Of a DNA stretch of 64,000 nucleotides, positions 40,076-50,186 are shown in pieces. Source of the stretch: an uncultured Acidobacteriota bacterium (GTDB lineage: Bacteria > Acidobacteriota > G020349885 > CAZDZC01); the NCBI GenBank assembly GCA_964509835.1, contig CAZDZC010000002.1, positions 4,196 through 68,195 on the forward strand. The letters run 5' to 3'. How positions within the stretch are numbered: the stretch's first letter is position 1; every line of letters begins with the position of its first letter. Made by a program: the position numbers and the translations under genes. The notes under the pieces are model-generated. The model made no database searches. It was not told where the DNA came from and saw only the letters and a list, made by a program, of their open reading frames with translations.

Positions 40076-40738
40076 ATGCTTGGAAGTATGAAAATATCGT
40101 TATTTAAAATGCTTTTGTCTGCGATCGTCCTGATTCCGCTTGCGATTTCCTGTGGAGGCGGAGGAGGCGGGGGTGATGATGACGGCGACAGCGGAGGAGG
40201 AACTGCCCCACCGCTGACGGCTTCTTTCACATCCGACCTTGCCGTCGCTCCTTCATCCGGTTATGTAGCTCTTCAATACAATGTCGCATTATCAACGGCA
40301 TCAGAGCCGGTTTTTGATGTTATAATATACGGTCTGCTTCAGGATGAGGGAATCATTGACAACAGAGTTTACGGTATATCCTTTCATCTTTCCTTTGATG
40401 AGGGGATGTTGAGCTATTTGAATACGGTTTTCACTGATGTCCTTGGGGATGCAATCAATACTGAAACATCATTGGGACCTGGATATATTAGTATCGGAAT
40501 GAGCAGGATAGGCGATATTGACGGAGTTGTTGTTCCAGAAGCCGGAACGGTATTTATGCGAATCAGTTTTAAAGCTGTTTCAGTGGGCAGTTCTAGGTTG
40601 GAATTCATGGATCTGATTGCAGGCTCTGACTGCGGAACACCGGGTCATTCGGATTGCCATGTTCTCATGAATGCTGACCAGCCGGTTGGAACAGATGTTT
40701 CCCAGAGCTGGTTCGGTGGCATTGTTGATATTGTCTGA
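40076..40738 (+). CDS. Secreted Gly-rich lipoprotein with a possible cohesin-like beta-sandwich domain
   Basis: Signal peptide plus Cys and a poly-G/D linker (CGGGGGGDDDGDSGGG). The domain call is tentative. Confidence 0.45.
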   Translation: MLGSMKISLFKMLLSAIVLIPLAISCGGGGGGGDDDGDSGGGTAPPLTASFTSDLAVAPSSGYVALQYNVALSTASEPVFDVIIYGLLQDEGIIDNRVYGISFHLSFDEGMLSYLNTVFTDVLGDAINTETSLGPGYISIGMSRIGDIDGVVVPEAGTVFMRISFKAVSVGSSRLEFMDLIAGSDCGTPGHSDCHVLMNADQPVGTDVSQSWFGGIVDIV

Positions 40739-40744
40739 TATCCT

Positions 40745-41644
40745 ATGAAATCGAAAATAATTATTCTGATAGTTTTTCTTGCTGTTTTTGAACTTTCGGC
40801 CTCACAGTATGTCAAGTTTGAAGGAGGACGGGAGTTGGAAATAGAGTCCTATATTGAAACTGATGAATGGATCAACTTCCAGCTTATTGGCGGCGGAACG
40901 CTTGGTGTAAGAAAAGAAAGAGTTACGGTAATCGGTGAAACTGAAAAAGACAGAATTTTCCTTGTTTCAAACAAATCAGTTGTGACAAGCAGGGAAACTG
41001 CAGAAAAAAGCACTGTTCCGGAAAGTAAACCGTCAGGCGAAGAGAGAAAAACAATAAAACAGAGTTCTTCCGGTCAGCTGGGCGTGCCTCTTATTCCCGG
41101 AGGCGCAGACAGTACCCCCGAAAACGATGGAAAAGCATCCGATGGTTCCGGAGAGAATAAAAGCAATGGAAAGGAAACATCTGAAGGAATCGAAGAGAGA
41201 AAAGAAGGCCGAGAGAACAAAAGCCCTGCCGATATTGCCGTTATGCCCGCTTCCGTGAACACTCCAGTTGGCAAAGAGTTCCTGCTGACTGTTGCTGTTT
41301 CCTCTGTTATAGATTTGTCGCACGCATCATTTTATCTTGTCTATGATCCTCAAATGCTGGAAATTTTGTCTGTTAATGACGGAGGCTTTTTATCGCTTGA
41401 CGGGGTCAATTCAATATTTCTTTTTAAGATAAAACCGGAATCCGGACAGGTTATTGTGGGCATTTCCCGTAAAGGAGTGGATATTCCAGGGATCAGTGGT
41501 TCAGGGCTTCTTGCCTCATTCACTGCAAGGGGTTTGAAGAGCGGCAACACTCAAACATCTCTTGCAAATCTCAGTCTCAAAACATCTGATATGAATTCAA
41601 TCCCTTATTCGCAAACGACAGCTTCAATCAATATTTCGGAGTGA
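40745..41644 (+). CDS. Secreted protein with a low-complexity linker and a C-terminal cohesin-like domain
   Basis: Signal peptide, Ser/Glu/Lys-rich linker, and a C-terminal domain similar to the upstream gene. Confidence 0.45.
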   Translation: MKSKIIILIVFLAVFELSASQYVKFEGGRELEIESYIETDEWINFQLIGGGTLGVRKERVTVIGETEKDRIFLVSNKSVVTSRETAEKSTVPESKPSGEERKTIKQSSSGQLGVPLIPGGADSTPENDGKASDGSGENKSNGKETSEGIEERKEGRENKSPADIAVMPASVNTPVGKEFLLTVAVSSVIDLSHASFYLVYDPQMLEILSVNDGGFLSLDGVNSIFLFKIKPESGQVIVGISRKGVDIPGISGSGLLASFTARGLKSGNTQTSLANLSLKTSDMNSIPYSQTTASINISE

Positions 41645-41653
41645 GTTAAAGGT

Positions 41654-42301
41654 TCAGACCCTTCTGAAATCTTTGAAAAAGCAGAGAACAATCGTCAATG
41701 TTACCGTGGCGGTTATGAACAGATAAGAATCGAAAAACCAGAGGACCATGGCAAGCGAATAGTAAAGCCCTCTGATTGCGAAAGCGAATCCGTCTGCGGA
41801 TTTTTTCATGCTTTCTGCACAATGCTTGATTCCGTCAACCCCTTCGTATTTTTCCATCAATGAAAAATCAGAGCCCGCGACTATATTGAACCTGAGGAGA
41901 TGCCTGATTGAATTGAGAAGTTTCAGTACACAGAGACACAGGAGGGATATGAGAAGATAAAGCTTCCACATGATCCAGGGCTGGTTCTGAAGCGAGAAAA
42001 TATCCTGCCCCTCATGGAAAATAACGATTTTATTAAGCACCAAGCTTACAAAAATAACAAGGGATGATGCTATGAAAGACGATACCATTATTATATTTCT
42101 GACCGTCTGGACGATGACCATCTGGTTATTCTCATTCACCTGCTTTTTTATCCATGCTTCGCGATAGACATTCAGGAGCTTTCTGGCTGTCATGGTTTTA
42201 TCTATTTCACATTCGTAGAAATAAAAGATGTAATAGAAAAGAATACATGCTAAAAAAACTGAAATTGCAACGACTTCGACCATAAACAAATTATATAACA
42301 A
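41654..42301 (-). CDS. Hypothetical membrane protein
   Basis: Four TM helices. Confidence 0.45.
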   Translation of the reverse strand: MLYNLFMVEVVAISVFLACILFYYIFYFYECEIDKTMTARKLLNVYREAWIKKQVNENNQMVIVQTVRNIIMVSSFIASSLVIFVSLVLNKIVIFHEGQDIFSLQNQPWIMWKLYLLISLLCLCVLKLLNSIRHLLRFNIVAGSDFSLMEKYEGVDGIKHCAESMKKSADGFAFAIRGLYYSLAMVLWFFDSYLFITATVTLTIVLCFFKDFRRV

Positions 42302-42410
42302 TCCCCGTACTGAAACAAGAGCCGAAAGGATGCCCAGTCCTTTGGGCTTAATTGTTCATTTTCTTGACTAAAAATGGCTGCGGCAATATAATAATAATTT
42401 AAGAGGTCTT

Positions 42411-42743
42411 ATGTGCCAGGAAAGTATGCATTTTTCAAAGGGTTCAGCGGTGGTGCTCTATCTTACAAATCCCAAAGAAAGATACTGGGGGACATTGTCT
42501 GTTCTTGACAATACCGGTATTTCGATTGTAGGCATTGACATTGCGTCATTTGATGACTGGTGCAGACAGGTTGCGACAAATGAAAGTCTTGATTTTGATC
42601 TTACCGCAATGTTCTTCCCCAGCTCACGGCTTGAAAAGATCCTTCTGGATCAATCCAGCGGTCCTGTTCAGTCAATGGCTGATCGTTTTCAGGAGGTCTC
42701 GGGATTCTCCCTTGAGAAATATCTGGAGAGCAGAAAATGGTAG
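42411..42743 (+). CDS. Hypothetical protein
   Basis: ORF coupled to the downstream FHA gene, overlapping it at 42737. Confidence 0.4.
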   Translation: MCQESMHFSKGSAVVLYLTNPKERYWGTLSVLDNTGISIVGIDIASFDDWCRQVATNESLDFDLTAMFFPSSRLEKILLDQSSGPVQSMADRFQEVSGFSLEKYLESRKW

Positions 42744-43249
42744 CAAAATGCCCTAAATGTGAAGCCTGCTGGAGGGTCAGGGGAATGGACGAGGGACAGG
42801 ATATGGTTTGCCCGTTCTGCGGGCACAGCTTCAATTTCAGGCCTGTTGCCGACGACACAGTGTTTCTTTCAGTTGAAGATGTTGAAGGTGCCAGAACAAC
42901 GGCAGTCGGAGGCAAAGCAGAGGAAATACCTTTTTCGGAGATGTCAATTCCGAGCAATCTGCAAGTAAAACTTGAATTCCTGAACGGGTCGGAAGAAGGG
43001 AAAATAATCATACTTGAAAAGAGCCGCACTACATTCGGAAGGGGAGCAGGGGATATTGAGCTCGAAGATCCTCAGGTTTCCAGAAAACACGCCGCCATAG
43101 AGGTTTACGGGAACGAATACATTGTTCTCAAAGACATGGCAAGCACCAATGGCACCATGCTTAACGACAGAGTCATTGTTACCTCAAGGCTGAATGATGG
43201 TGATATTATAAAACTCGGGCTAACCGAGATCAGGATATCCATTAACTGA
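42737..43249 (+). CDS. Zinc-ribbon plus FHA-domain protein
   Basis: CPKC...CPFCG zinc ribbon. FHA motifs TTFGRG...VSRKHA...DMASTNGTMLN. Confidence 0.7.
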   Translation: MVAKCPKCEACWRVRGMDEGQDMVCPFCGHSFNFRPVADDTVFLSVEDVEGARTTAVGGKAEEIPFSEMSIPSNLQVKLEFLNGSEEGKIIILEKSRTTFGRGAGDIELEDPQVSRKHAAIEVYGNEYIVLKDMASTNGTMLNDRVIVTSRLNDGDIIKLGLTEIRISIN

Positions 43250-43255
43250 ACCATC

Positions 43256-44143
43256 CTATTTCATCTCGCCTTTTTTAAGATCGGAGGCAACTCCCGCATA
43301 TGCTCCCGCGAGGATCAGAAAGCCTCCGGCAAATAGATTTGGTCCCGGAATTTCGTTGAGGAGGATAAGCGCCAGCAATCCGGCTATCACAGGTTCGCCA
43401 AGAACAGCCAAATTTACAACCGCAGCCTTGAAATGCTTCAGGCTCCAGTTCAGCAGGCCGTGTCCGCCGATTGTCGAAACAACAGCCAGGAGAACAAACA
43501 AACCGTATTCTTTTGGCTGAAATCCAGCCAACGGAACCTTGAAAACCGCAATTAACGGCAGAGTGAAAAATGCGGCAGCCGAATAGACCGGAACTATATA
43601 TTCTATAATCCCGTGTCCAGCTCTAAGCTTTCTTCCCGCAGTATAATAAGCGGCAACCATGACAGCTCCCAGAATTGCCAGAATATTTCCCTTCATTGAT
43701 GCTTGCCCGCTGTTCATATCTCCTGCCCATACAATAACGATTCCTGTGAAAGTTACTGACATTGCCAAAAAAATTTTTCTGCCTGTTTTTTCCTTCAGTG
43801 CTATCCGCGAAAAGAGCGCTGTGAAAAGAGGTTGAACGGCAAGCATCAGCAGGGATGCGGCAACAGTAGTATAAAAAAGAGAACTTATCCAGAAAATGAA
43901 GTGCAATGCAAGAAACAATCCGGACAGAATCACAATTGCAAATTCCCGTTTTGTGTATTTAAAAAAAGTTCCGGGATTTTTAATAAGAAACGGCAGCAAA
44001 ATAATCACGGAAAAGAAAAGCCTGTAAAACGCTATCACAAAAGGGTGAGCATCTGTGAACCTGATGATTATTGCCGCCCATGAAACGGCAAAAACACCTG
44101 CGCACAGCACCGAAACATTATAAAATCTGCCATTTTTCTCCAT
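43256..44143 (-). CDS. EamA/DMT-family transporter
   Basis: Ten TM helices in two EamA-like repeats. Confidence 0.75.
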   Translation of the reverse strand: MEKNGRFYNVSVLCAGVFAVSWAAIIIRFTDAHPFVIAFYRLFFSVIILLPFLIKNPGTFFKYTKREFAIVILSGLFLALHFIFWISSLFYTTVAASLLMLAVQPLFTALFSRIALKEKTGRKIFLAMSVTFTGIVIVWAGDMNSGQASMKGNILAILGAVMVAAYYTAGRKLRAGHGIIEYIVPVYSAAAFFTLPLIAVFKVPLAGFQPKEYGLFVLLAVVSTIGGHGLLNWSLKHFKAAVVNLAVLGEPVIAGLLALILLNEIPGPNLFAGGFLILAGAYAGVASDLKKGEMK

Positions 44144-44285
44144 AACTGCATATTAGCAGAAGATTTAAACGCATGAAATGCAAAATCACCGGTTTAATAT
44201 AATTCTGAGCTTCTGAACGATTTTTCAGGCAATTGATTAATCCTGCGGAAATTGATAATATGCGCAATGGTTGCGGAGGTTATCC

Positions 44286-45305
44286 ATGTTTATTGTGCTT
44301 AAAAAGAATCACACTCCGGAGGAATTCAGGGCTGTTCTTGACAGAATAGGCGATTTCGGATGCAAGGCCGTCAAGGTTGCCGGCAATGAGAAGACCGGGA
44401 TAGCTCTGACCGGAAATGAAGGGAGCATTGATCCAAGGGTTTTCGAAGTTCTTCCCGGAGTGGAGGCGGCTTTTCAGGTTTCCACACCATATAAACTTGT
44501 GAGCAGGGCATATAAATCCGAGAATACTGTCATTGAGGTCAACGGAGTAATCATCGGCGGAAATAGCCTGACTGTTATAGCTGGTCCATGTGCTATTGAA
44601 AGTGAGGAGCAGGCGATGCGGATAGCCGAATCAGTCAGAAATTCAGGAGCGGATATTTTCCGTGGCGGTTCCTACAAACCAAGAACTTCCCCCTACAGCT
44701 TCCAGGGACTTGGAGAAAAAGGACTTAAGATACTCGCGAAGGTCAGGTCTGAATTCGGACTTCCTGTCGTTACAGAAGCGATTGATGAAAAAAGCCTTGA
44801 GCTTGTTGCTGAATATGCAGATATCATTCAGATTGGCGCGAGGAATATGCAGAACTTCTCTTTGCTGAAATCTGCGGGAAGGGCAAAGATCCCGGTGATG
44901 CTGAAAAGGGGAATGTCAGCGTCGTTCAATGAGCTTATGGCTTCAGCTGAATATATCATGTCTGAAGGGAACGACAGAGTTATCATCTGTGAGAGAGGAG
45001 TAAAATCTGTTTCCGGAGGGCAGAGCATTTTGGATCTGAATTTTGTTCTTACTCTGAAAAGGGAGAGTCACCTGCCTGTGTTCATTGACCCGAGTCATTC
45101 CGCCCAACTCAGATACAGGGTTAAACCGCTCGCGCTTGCAGGGGTCGCAGCAGGAGTGAACGGGGTCATGCTGGAAGTGCATGATGAACCGGAGAGAGCT
45201 TTTTCAGACGGTCCGCAGGCAATTCTTCCCGCGCAGTTTGACGAACTGATGAAAGAGATTGGTATGATATCCGAAATACTGAGTCCCGTTTCCCGGGAAA
45301 AATGA
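44286..45305 (+). CDS. aroF: 3-deoxy-7-phosphoheptulonate (DAHP) synthase with an N-terminal regulatory extension
   Basis: IAGPCAIES...GADIFRGGSYKPRTSPYSFQGLGE (KDO8PS/DAHPS I-beta family). ATG at 44286 with a GGAGG RBS. Confidence 0.85.
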   Translation: MFIVLKKNHTPEEFRAVLDRIGDFGCKAVKVAGNEKTGIALTGNEGSIDPRVFEVLPGVEAAFQVSTPYKLVSRAYKSENTVIEVNGVIIGGNSLTVIAGPCAIESEEQAMRIAESVRNSGADIFRGGSYKPRTSPYSFQGLGEKGLKILAKVRSEFGLPVVTEAIDEKSLELVAEYADIIQIGARNMQNFSLLKSAGRAKIPVMLKRGMSASFNELMASAEYIMSEGNDRVIICERGVKSVSGGQSILDLNFVLTLKRESHLPVFIDPSHSAQLRYRVKPLALAGVAAGVNGVMLEVHDEPERAFSDGPQAILPAQFDELMKEIGMISEILSPVSREK

Positions 45306-46585
45306 ATTACAATGTATATCCCGCAATAAATATTGCGGGCCGCCTTTCTGTGCCCGGTGACAAGTCAATTTCGCACAGGGCGCTGATACTTTCTTCAATG
45401 GCTGAAGGTGATTCTGTCATTACCGGATTGCCGGGAAACAGGGATGTTCAATCAACAATTGATTGTCTTAAAGAACTGGGCGCGGAAATTGTTTCAGATG
45501 TAAATATTGCTGAAGTGAAAGGAAAAGGAATAAAAGGTTTCAGAAAACCTTCCCAGACTTTAAACGCCGGGAATTCGGGAACCACCCTCCGGCTTATTTC
45601 AGGGCTTCTGGCTTTTCAGGATTTCAATTCCAACATTCACGGTGATGACTCTCTGAATTCAAGGCCTATGAACAGGATAATAAAGCCCCTAACCGAAATG
45701 GGATGTGGTATTTCAGGAAAAGCGGGAGGGTTCCCGCCCATTGAAATAAAGGGTTCTGCTCTGACCGGAATTGAATATCAGGCTGAGATTTCCAGTGCCC
45801 AGCAGAAATCAGCAGTTCTGATCGCCGCTTTGGGTGCGCACGGGACTACAGTTTTCTGTGAAAAAGGAAGAACTCGGGATCATACGGAAAAAATGATGAA
45901 AGAAATGGGCGCTGAAATCAGCATGGAAAATATAAAAATATCGGTAAGAGGGCGATGTCCGCTGAAACCTCTGAATATGAATATCCCCGGTGATTTTTCG
46001 TCTGCTGTGCCTTTTTTGGCAGCGGCCCTTATTGTGCCGGGGTCTGAACTCACAATAATAGATGTTGGTCTGAATCCTTCAAGAACGGGCTTTCTGGAGA
46101 TTGTGGATATGATGGGGGGTGATTTTACTGTTTTTGACAGGCGGTTTGTCTGTGGTGAACCCTTAGGTTCACTAAGGATAGCATTTTCACGGCTGAGGGG
46201 GGTGAATATTGATCCATGGAGGATACCCGAAATAATAGACGAGATCCCTGTCATCGGTGTGCTGGCTGCGTGCGCTGAAGGTGAGACGGTTATTTCGGGA
46301 GCGTCGGAACTCCGAGTCAAGGAATCGGACAGGATTTCTGCAGTGGTTTCGAATCTTAAAAGACTGGGGGTGGATATTGAAGAAAAAGCTGACGGGATGG
46401 TCATAAAGGGAGGGGGGAATTTTTCAGGAGGCGAGGTTGACAGTTTCAAGGATCACCGTATTGTTATGGCAATGGCTGTTGCAGCTTGCGCAGCGGAGGA
46501 TAAAATACTTATAAGGGATGCCGAATGGTTGGAAACAAGCTATCCCGGTTTTTTCAGCGATCTGGAGAAAATCAGGCATGGGTGA
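45302..46585 (+). CDS. aroA: 3-phosphoshikimate 1-carboxyvinyltransferase (EPSP synthase)
   Basis: LPGDKSISHRALIL and NAGNSGTTLRL motifs. Confidence 0.9.
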   Translation: MNYNVYPAINIAGRLSVPGDKSISHRALILSSMAEGDSVITGLPGNRDVQSTIDCLKELGAEIVSDVNIAEVKGKGIKGFRKPSQTLNAGNSGTTLRLISGLLAFQDFNSNIHGDDSLNSRPMNRIIKPLTEMGCGISGKAGGFPPIEIKGSALTGIEYQAEISSAQQKSAVLIAALGAHGTTVFCEKGRTRDHTEKMMKEMGAEISMENIKISVRGRCPLKPLNMNIPGDFSSAVPFLAAALIVPGSELTIIDVGLNPSRTGFLEIVDMMGGDFTVFDRRFVCGEPLGSLRIAFSRLRGVNIDPWRIPEIIDEIPVIGVLAACAEGETVISGASELRVKESDRISAVVSNLKRLGVDIEEKADGMVIKGGGNFSGGEVDSFKDHRIVMAMAVAACAAEDKILIRDAEWLETSYPGFFSDLEKIRHG

Positions 46586-47411
46586 AAAACTCGGAATATT
46601 GGGGCAAAAGCTTTCCTACAGTTATTCTCCTGCTCTGCACAGGATAATTGCCAGGCATTGCGGACTGGATGTAGAATACCGTACATTTGAAACAGAATCC
46701 CCCGGTAAGTTTCTTAAATATAATACCGGAGGCATGAAAGGGCTTAATGTAACAGTTCCTTACAAGGAGAGGTGCGTCCCGTATGCTGATAATATGGATG
46801 ATGCCGTTAAGGCAATCGGTTCAGCAAACACGCTTAAATTTATGGACGGGAGCATTTTTGCATATAATACCGACTGGACAGGTTTTCTGAAGAGTCTTGG
46901 GAAAAAAGGATTTTATCCTTCAGGGAAAAGTGCTCTTATTCTGGGAGCGGGTGGCTCTGCAAAGGCTGTAATTTACGCCCTGATATCTGCAGGAATTAAA
47001 AGTATTTTCATTTACAACCGGACTCCTGAGAGGGGGGAGAAGACAGCAAATCTTTTTGCAAAAAAAAAATGTGGTTACGAGATTTCGTCATGTTCACTAC
47101 ATCAGATAACAGCGTTAATTCAGTCAGTTGATCTTATTGTTAACGCGACTTCTGCCGGTATGGGCTGTTCATTGCAGAAACCGCTGACCCTTGAAGGGCC
47201 GCTGAAGGCGTTGGTATTAGACCTGATTTACAATCCAGCAAAAACAGAGTTTTTGAAGGATGCGGGGGAACTGGGCGCTGAAACGCTCAATGGTTTGGAT
47301 ATGCTTATATTCCAGGCTATTGAATCCGTTAAAATATGGTTTGAAATTGACGGGTTTGATATTACAATGGTGAACAGGGTTAAGGCTGAACTTTTAAGGG
47401 AGATTCGCTGA
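46578..47411 (+). CDS. aroE: Shikimate dehydrogenase
   Basis: LGILGQKLSYSYSPALH, GAGGSAKAV. Internal ATG start overlapping the aroA stop. Confidence 0.8.
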   Translation: MGEKLGILGQKLSYSYSPALHRIIARHCGLDVEYRTFETESPGKFLKYNTGGMKGLNVTVPYKERCVPYADNMDDAVKAIGSANTLKFMDGSIFAYNTDWTGFLKSLGKKGFYPSGKSALILGAGGSAKAVIYALISAGIKSIFIYNRTPERGEKTANLFAKKKCGYEISSCSLHQITALIQSVDLIVNATSAGMGCSLQKPLTLEGPLKALVLDLIYNPAKTEFLKDAGELGAETLNGLDMLIFQAIESVKIWFEIDGFDITMVNRVKAELLREIR

Positions 47412-48563
47412 ATGGAACTCAGAATAATAACGGCAGGTGAATCACACGGCAAATGCATTGCCGGGATACTTGAGGGTATTCCTGCAGGGCTCAGAATTTC
47501 ATCTGGTTTTTTAGACTGCTATCTAAAAAGAAGACAGGCAGGACCCGGAAGAGGCGCAAGAATGAAGATAGAATCCGACCATGCTGAAATAATTTCCGGG
47601 GTCAGGGGTGGTTTTACGACTGGTGCGCCAATAGCTTTGATTGTAAAGAACAGGGATTGGGAGAACTGGAAAGAGATTATGGATACAGAAAATTGCTGCG
47701 ACATCAATAAGGAGAACTGCCCCCGCCCTGGACATGCTGACCTCCCTGGAGCTGTAAAATACGGAACAAAGGATATCCGCAACATCATGGAAAGGGCAAG
47801 CGCAAGGGAAACTGCTATAAGAACGGCTCTGGGTGCAATCTGTTTAAAATTAATTTCTGAAATGGGCGTAAGCGTTAAGAGCGCTGTTGTTTCCATCGGT
47901 AATTTCGGACTGGAAGCCGGAGAGTCGGACATAAACGAAGGATTCTTTAAAAAAGCCTGTAAATCAAAAATCTATTGCCCGTGCCCCGATGCTGAACAAA
48001 AGATGCTGAAGGAAATAGAAAGAGCAACGGGACAAAAAACAACGCTTGGGGGCAGTTTTATCACCGCAGCCTTTAATCTTCCGGTCGGACTCGGTAGTCA
48101 TGTCCACTGGGACAGGAGGCTTGATGCGAAAATTGCGTGCGTGATGCTTTCAATTCCTGGCGTTAAGGGAATGGAAATCGGTGACGCCCGAAGAAGCTCA
48201 TTTGCCGACGGGAATACTGTTCAGGATGAAATATTCAGATCCGAAAGCAGAGGATTTTATCGAAAGACAAATCATGCCGGAGGAATGGAGGGAGGAATAT
48301 CAAATGGGAGTCCACTTTGGCTGAGATGCTTTATGAAACCGATACCCACTCAAGCTGAACCCTTGAAGACAGTGGATATTGTGACAGGAAAGAGATCAAG
48401 GGCTTCAAGGGAGCGGGCTGATGTATGCGCTGTTCCTGCTGCTTCTGTTGTTTCGGAAGCATTGCTGGCGCATGTTCTGGCAGGAGCCTTTCTTGACAAA
48501 TTCGGCTCCGATTCCGTTTTGGAACTGAAGGAAAGGGTGGAGCTCTGGAGAAAAAGGCAATAG
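47412..48563 (+). CDS. aroC: Chorismate synthase
   Basis: TAGESHG, RPGHAD, GRSSARETA-like (ERASARETA). Confidence 0.9.
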   Translation: MELRIITAGESHGKCIAGILEGIPAGLRISSGFLDCYLKRRQAGPGRGARMKIESDHAEIISGVRGGFTTGAPIALIVKNRDWENWKEIMDTENCCDINKENCPRPGHADLPGAVKYGTKDIRNIMERASARETAIRTALGAICLKLISEMGVSVKSAVVSIGNFGLEAGESDINEGFFKKACKSKIYCPCPDAEQKMLKEIERATGQKTTLGGSFITAAFNLPVGLGSHVHWDRRLDAKIACVMLSIPGVKGMEIGDARRSSFADGNTVQDEIFRSESRGFYRKTNHAGGMEGGISNGSPLWLRCFMKPIPTQAEPLKTVDIVTGKRSRASRERADVCAVPAASVVSEALLAHVLAGAFLDKFGSDSVLELKERVELWRKRQ

Positions 48564-48571
48564 TTCCCGCC

Positions 48572-49111
48572 ATGAAAGCAAATATATATTTTACAGGGTT
48601 TTCCGGGTGCGGAAAAACATTTCTGGGAAGAATGTTTGCGGAAATAACCGGAAAAATCCATGTGGATACAGATATGATGGTTGAAAAAGCAGAAAACATG
48701 AAAATAGCTGAGATTTTTGAAACTCAAGGGGAACAGGCTTTCAGGAAATCAGAAAGCTCAGTTTTATTGTTAGCTTCTCATGCTGTCGGACAGATAGTTT
48801 CAACCGGTGGAGGGATGATGGAATCCGAAGAAAACAGGATTATTATGAAATCCACGGGACTTTCTGTTTTTCTTGACACCCCTTTTGATATATGCCTTAG
48901 CAGGATTATCGTATCGTCGGAAAGACCACTCATAAGCAGGATACCCCCGTCAGAAAGGAGTGAGTATATTGAGCAGCTTTATAATTTAAGGCTTGAGAAT
49001 TATAGAAAATGTAATATATCTGTCGTAACAGGCATAAATGATCCCGAAGCTGACTGTATGGAGATCCTGAAGAAAATAAAAATGATGGAGAGAATCGTTG
49101 CACAGAATTGA
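48572..49111 (+). CDS. aroK: Shikimate kinase
   Basis: GFSGCGKT P-loop. About 180 aa. Confidence 0.8.
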   Translation: MKANIYFTGFSGCGKTFLGRMFAEITGKIHVDTDMMVEKAENMKIAEIFETQGEQAFRKSESSVLLLASHAVGQIVSTGGGMMESEENRIIMKSTGLSVFLDTPFDICLSRIIVSSERPLISRIPPSERSEYIEQLYNLRLENYRKCNISVVTGINDPEADCMEILKKIKMMERIVAQN

Positions 49112-50186
49112 AGTGAAGCACTCCCGCGGAAGTTATGACATCATTGTTGACGAAGGATGCCTCGCAGTTCTGCCTACTCTTCTTAAACAACGCAATATCA
49201 TGGCAAAAATGGCTGTGATTTCGGACGAAACAGTGGCAAACCTTTATGGAGGTAAACTGGCCTGCGTTCTGAAAAAAGCAGGCTTTGATGCGCGGACTTT
49301 CAGTTTTCCCGATGGAGAAAACAGCAAAAATCTGAAAACAGTTTCGAAACTCTATGACAGTCTTATTAAAAACAATTTTGAAAGAGATGATGTGATTATT
49401 GCTTTTGGCGGAGGAGTGACGGGCGATATAGCGGGTTTTACTGCATCATCGCTCTTTCGCGGAATGAGATTTGTTCAGATTCCGACCACTCTTCTTGCCC
49501 AGGTGGACAGCAGTGTGGGAGGGAAAACAGGGGTTAACCACAAATCAGGCAAGAACCTGATTGGAGCATTCTATCAACCTGAGCTTGTGGTTATTGATCC
49601 CGGGCTGTTGAGCACTCTTCAAATCAGGGATATGATTTCAGGAGTGGGAGAGGTTCTGAAATACGCCCTCATAGCTGACCCGAAACTGTTTTCCTGGCTT
49701 GAGGATAGTCTTAACCTGTTTTTCGCCCATCGCCCTGCCGAAACAATTGCTTCCTGCTGCGGTATAAAAGCGGGCATTGTTTCGAAGGATGAACTTGACA
49801 GAGGGTGTCGCATTACTCTGAACTTCGGGCATACCATAGGCCATGCGCTGGAGCTATCTGCCGGTTACGGATATTTTCGGCACGGTGAAGCTGTAATTCT
49901 AGGAATGATTGGGGCTTCATATATTTCCGAAAAGATGGGGTTTCTTTCTGCGGCGAATTTTAAACGGATAACAGACCTTGTGTGCCGCATTGAAATCCCG
50001 CCAATTCCGAAAGACTTGGGAGTTAAGGATATACTTTTGGCGGCAGCGAATGACAAAAAGGTGAAAAATGCCGGACAAGTTTTCATTTGTCTGAAAAAGC
50101 CTGGATCTACAGAAATTATTCGGAATATTAGTGATAAAGAACTTAACGCCGGCATCGCCTATCTGAAGGACAACTATAGCGGTTAA
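49098..50186 (+). CDS. aroB: 3-dehydroquinate synthase
   Basis: GGGVTGDIAGF, VDSSVGGKTGVN. Confidence 0.9.
   Translation: MHRIEVKHSRGSYDIIVDEGCLAVLPTLLKQRNIMAKMAVISDETVANLYGGKLACVLKKAGFDARTFSFPDGENSKNLKTVSKLYDSLIKNNFERDDVIIAFGGGVTGDIAGFTASSLFRGMRFVQIPTTLLAQVDSSVGGKTGVNHKSGKNLIGAFYQPELVVIDPGLLSTLQIRDMISGVGEVLKYALIADPKLFSWLEDSLNLFFAHRPAETIASCCGIKAGIVSKDELDRGCRITLNFGHTIGHALELSAGYGYFRHGEAVILGMIGASYISEKMGFLSAANFKRITDLVCRIEIPPIPKDLGVKDILLAAANDKKVKNAGQVFICLKKPGSTEIIRNISDKELNAGIAYLKDNYSG

Noticed and set aside
46518-46577. Upstream extension of aroE (track start 46518), and similar extensions for nuoC (60169), nuoE (61822), ctpA (37252), ABC ATPase (51783), ABC permease (51064) and PhoH (11214)
   Set aside because: Internal ATG starts give canonical N-termini, RBSs and ATGA or TAATG coupling with the upstream gene. 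The longer versions would overlap neighbours extensively.
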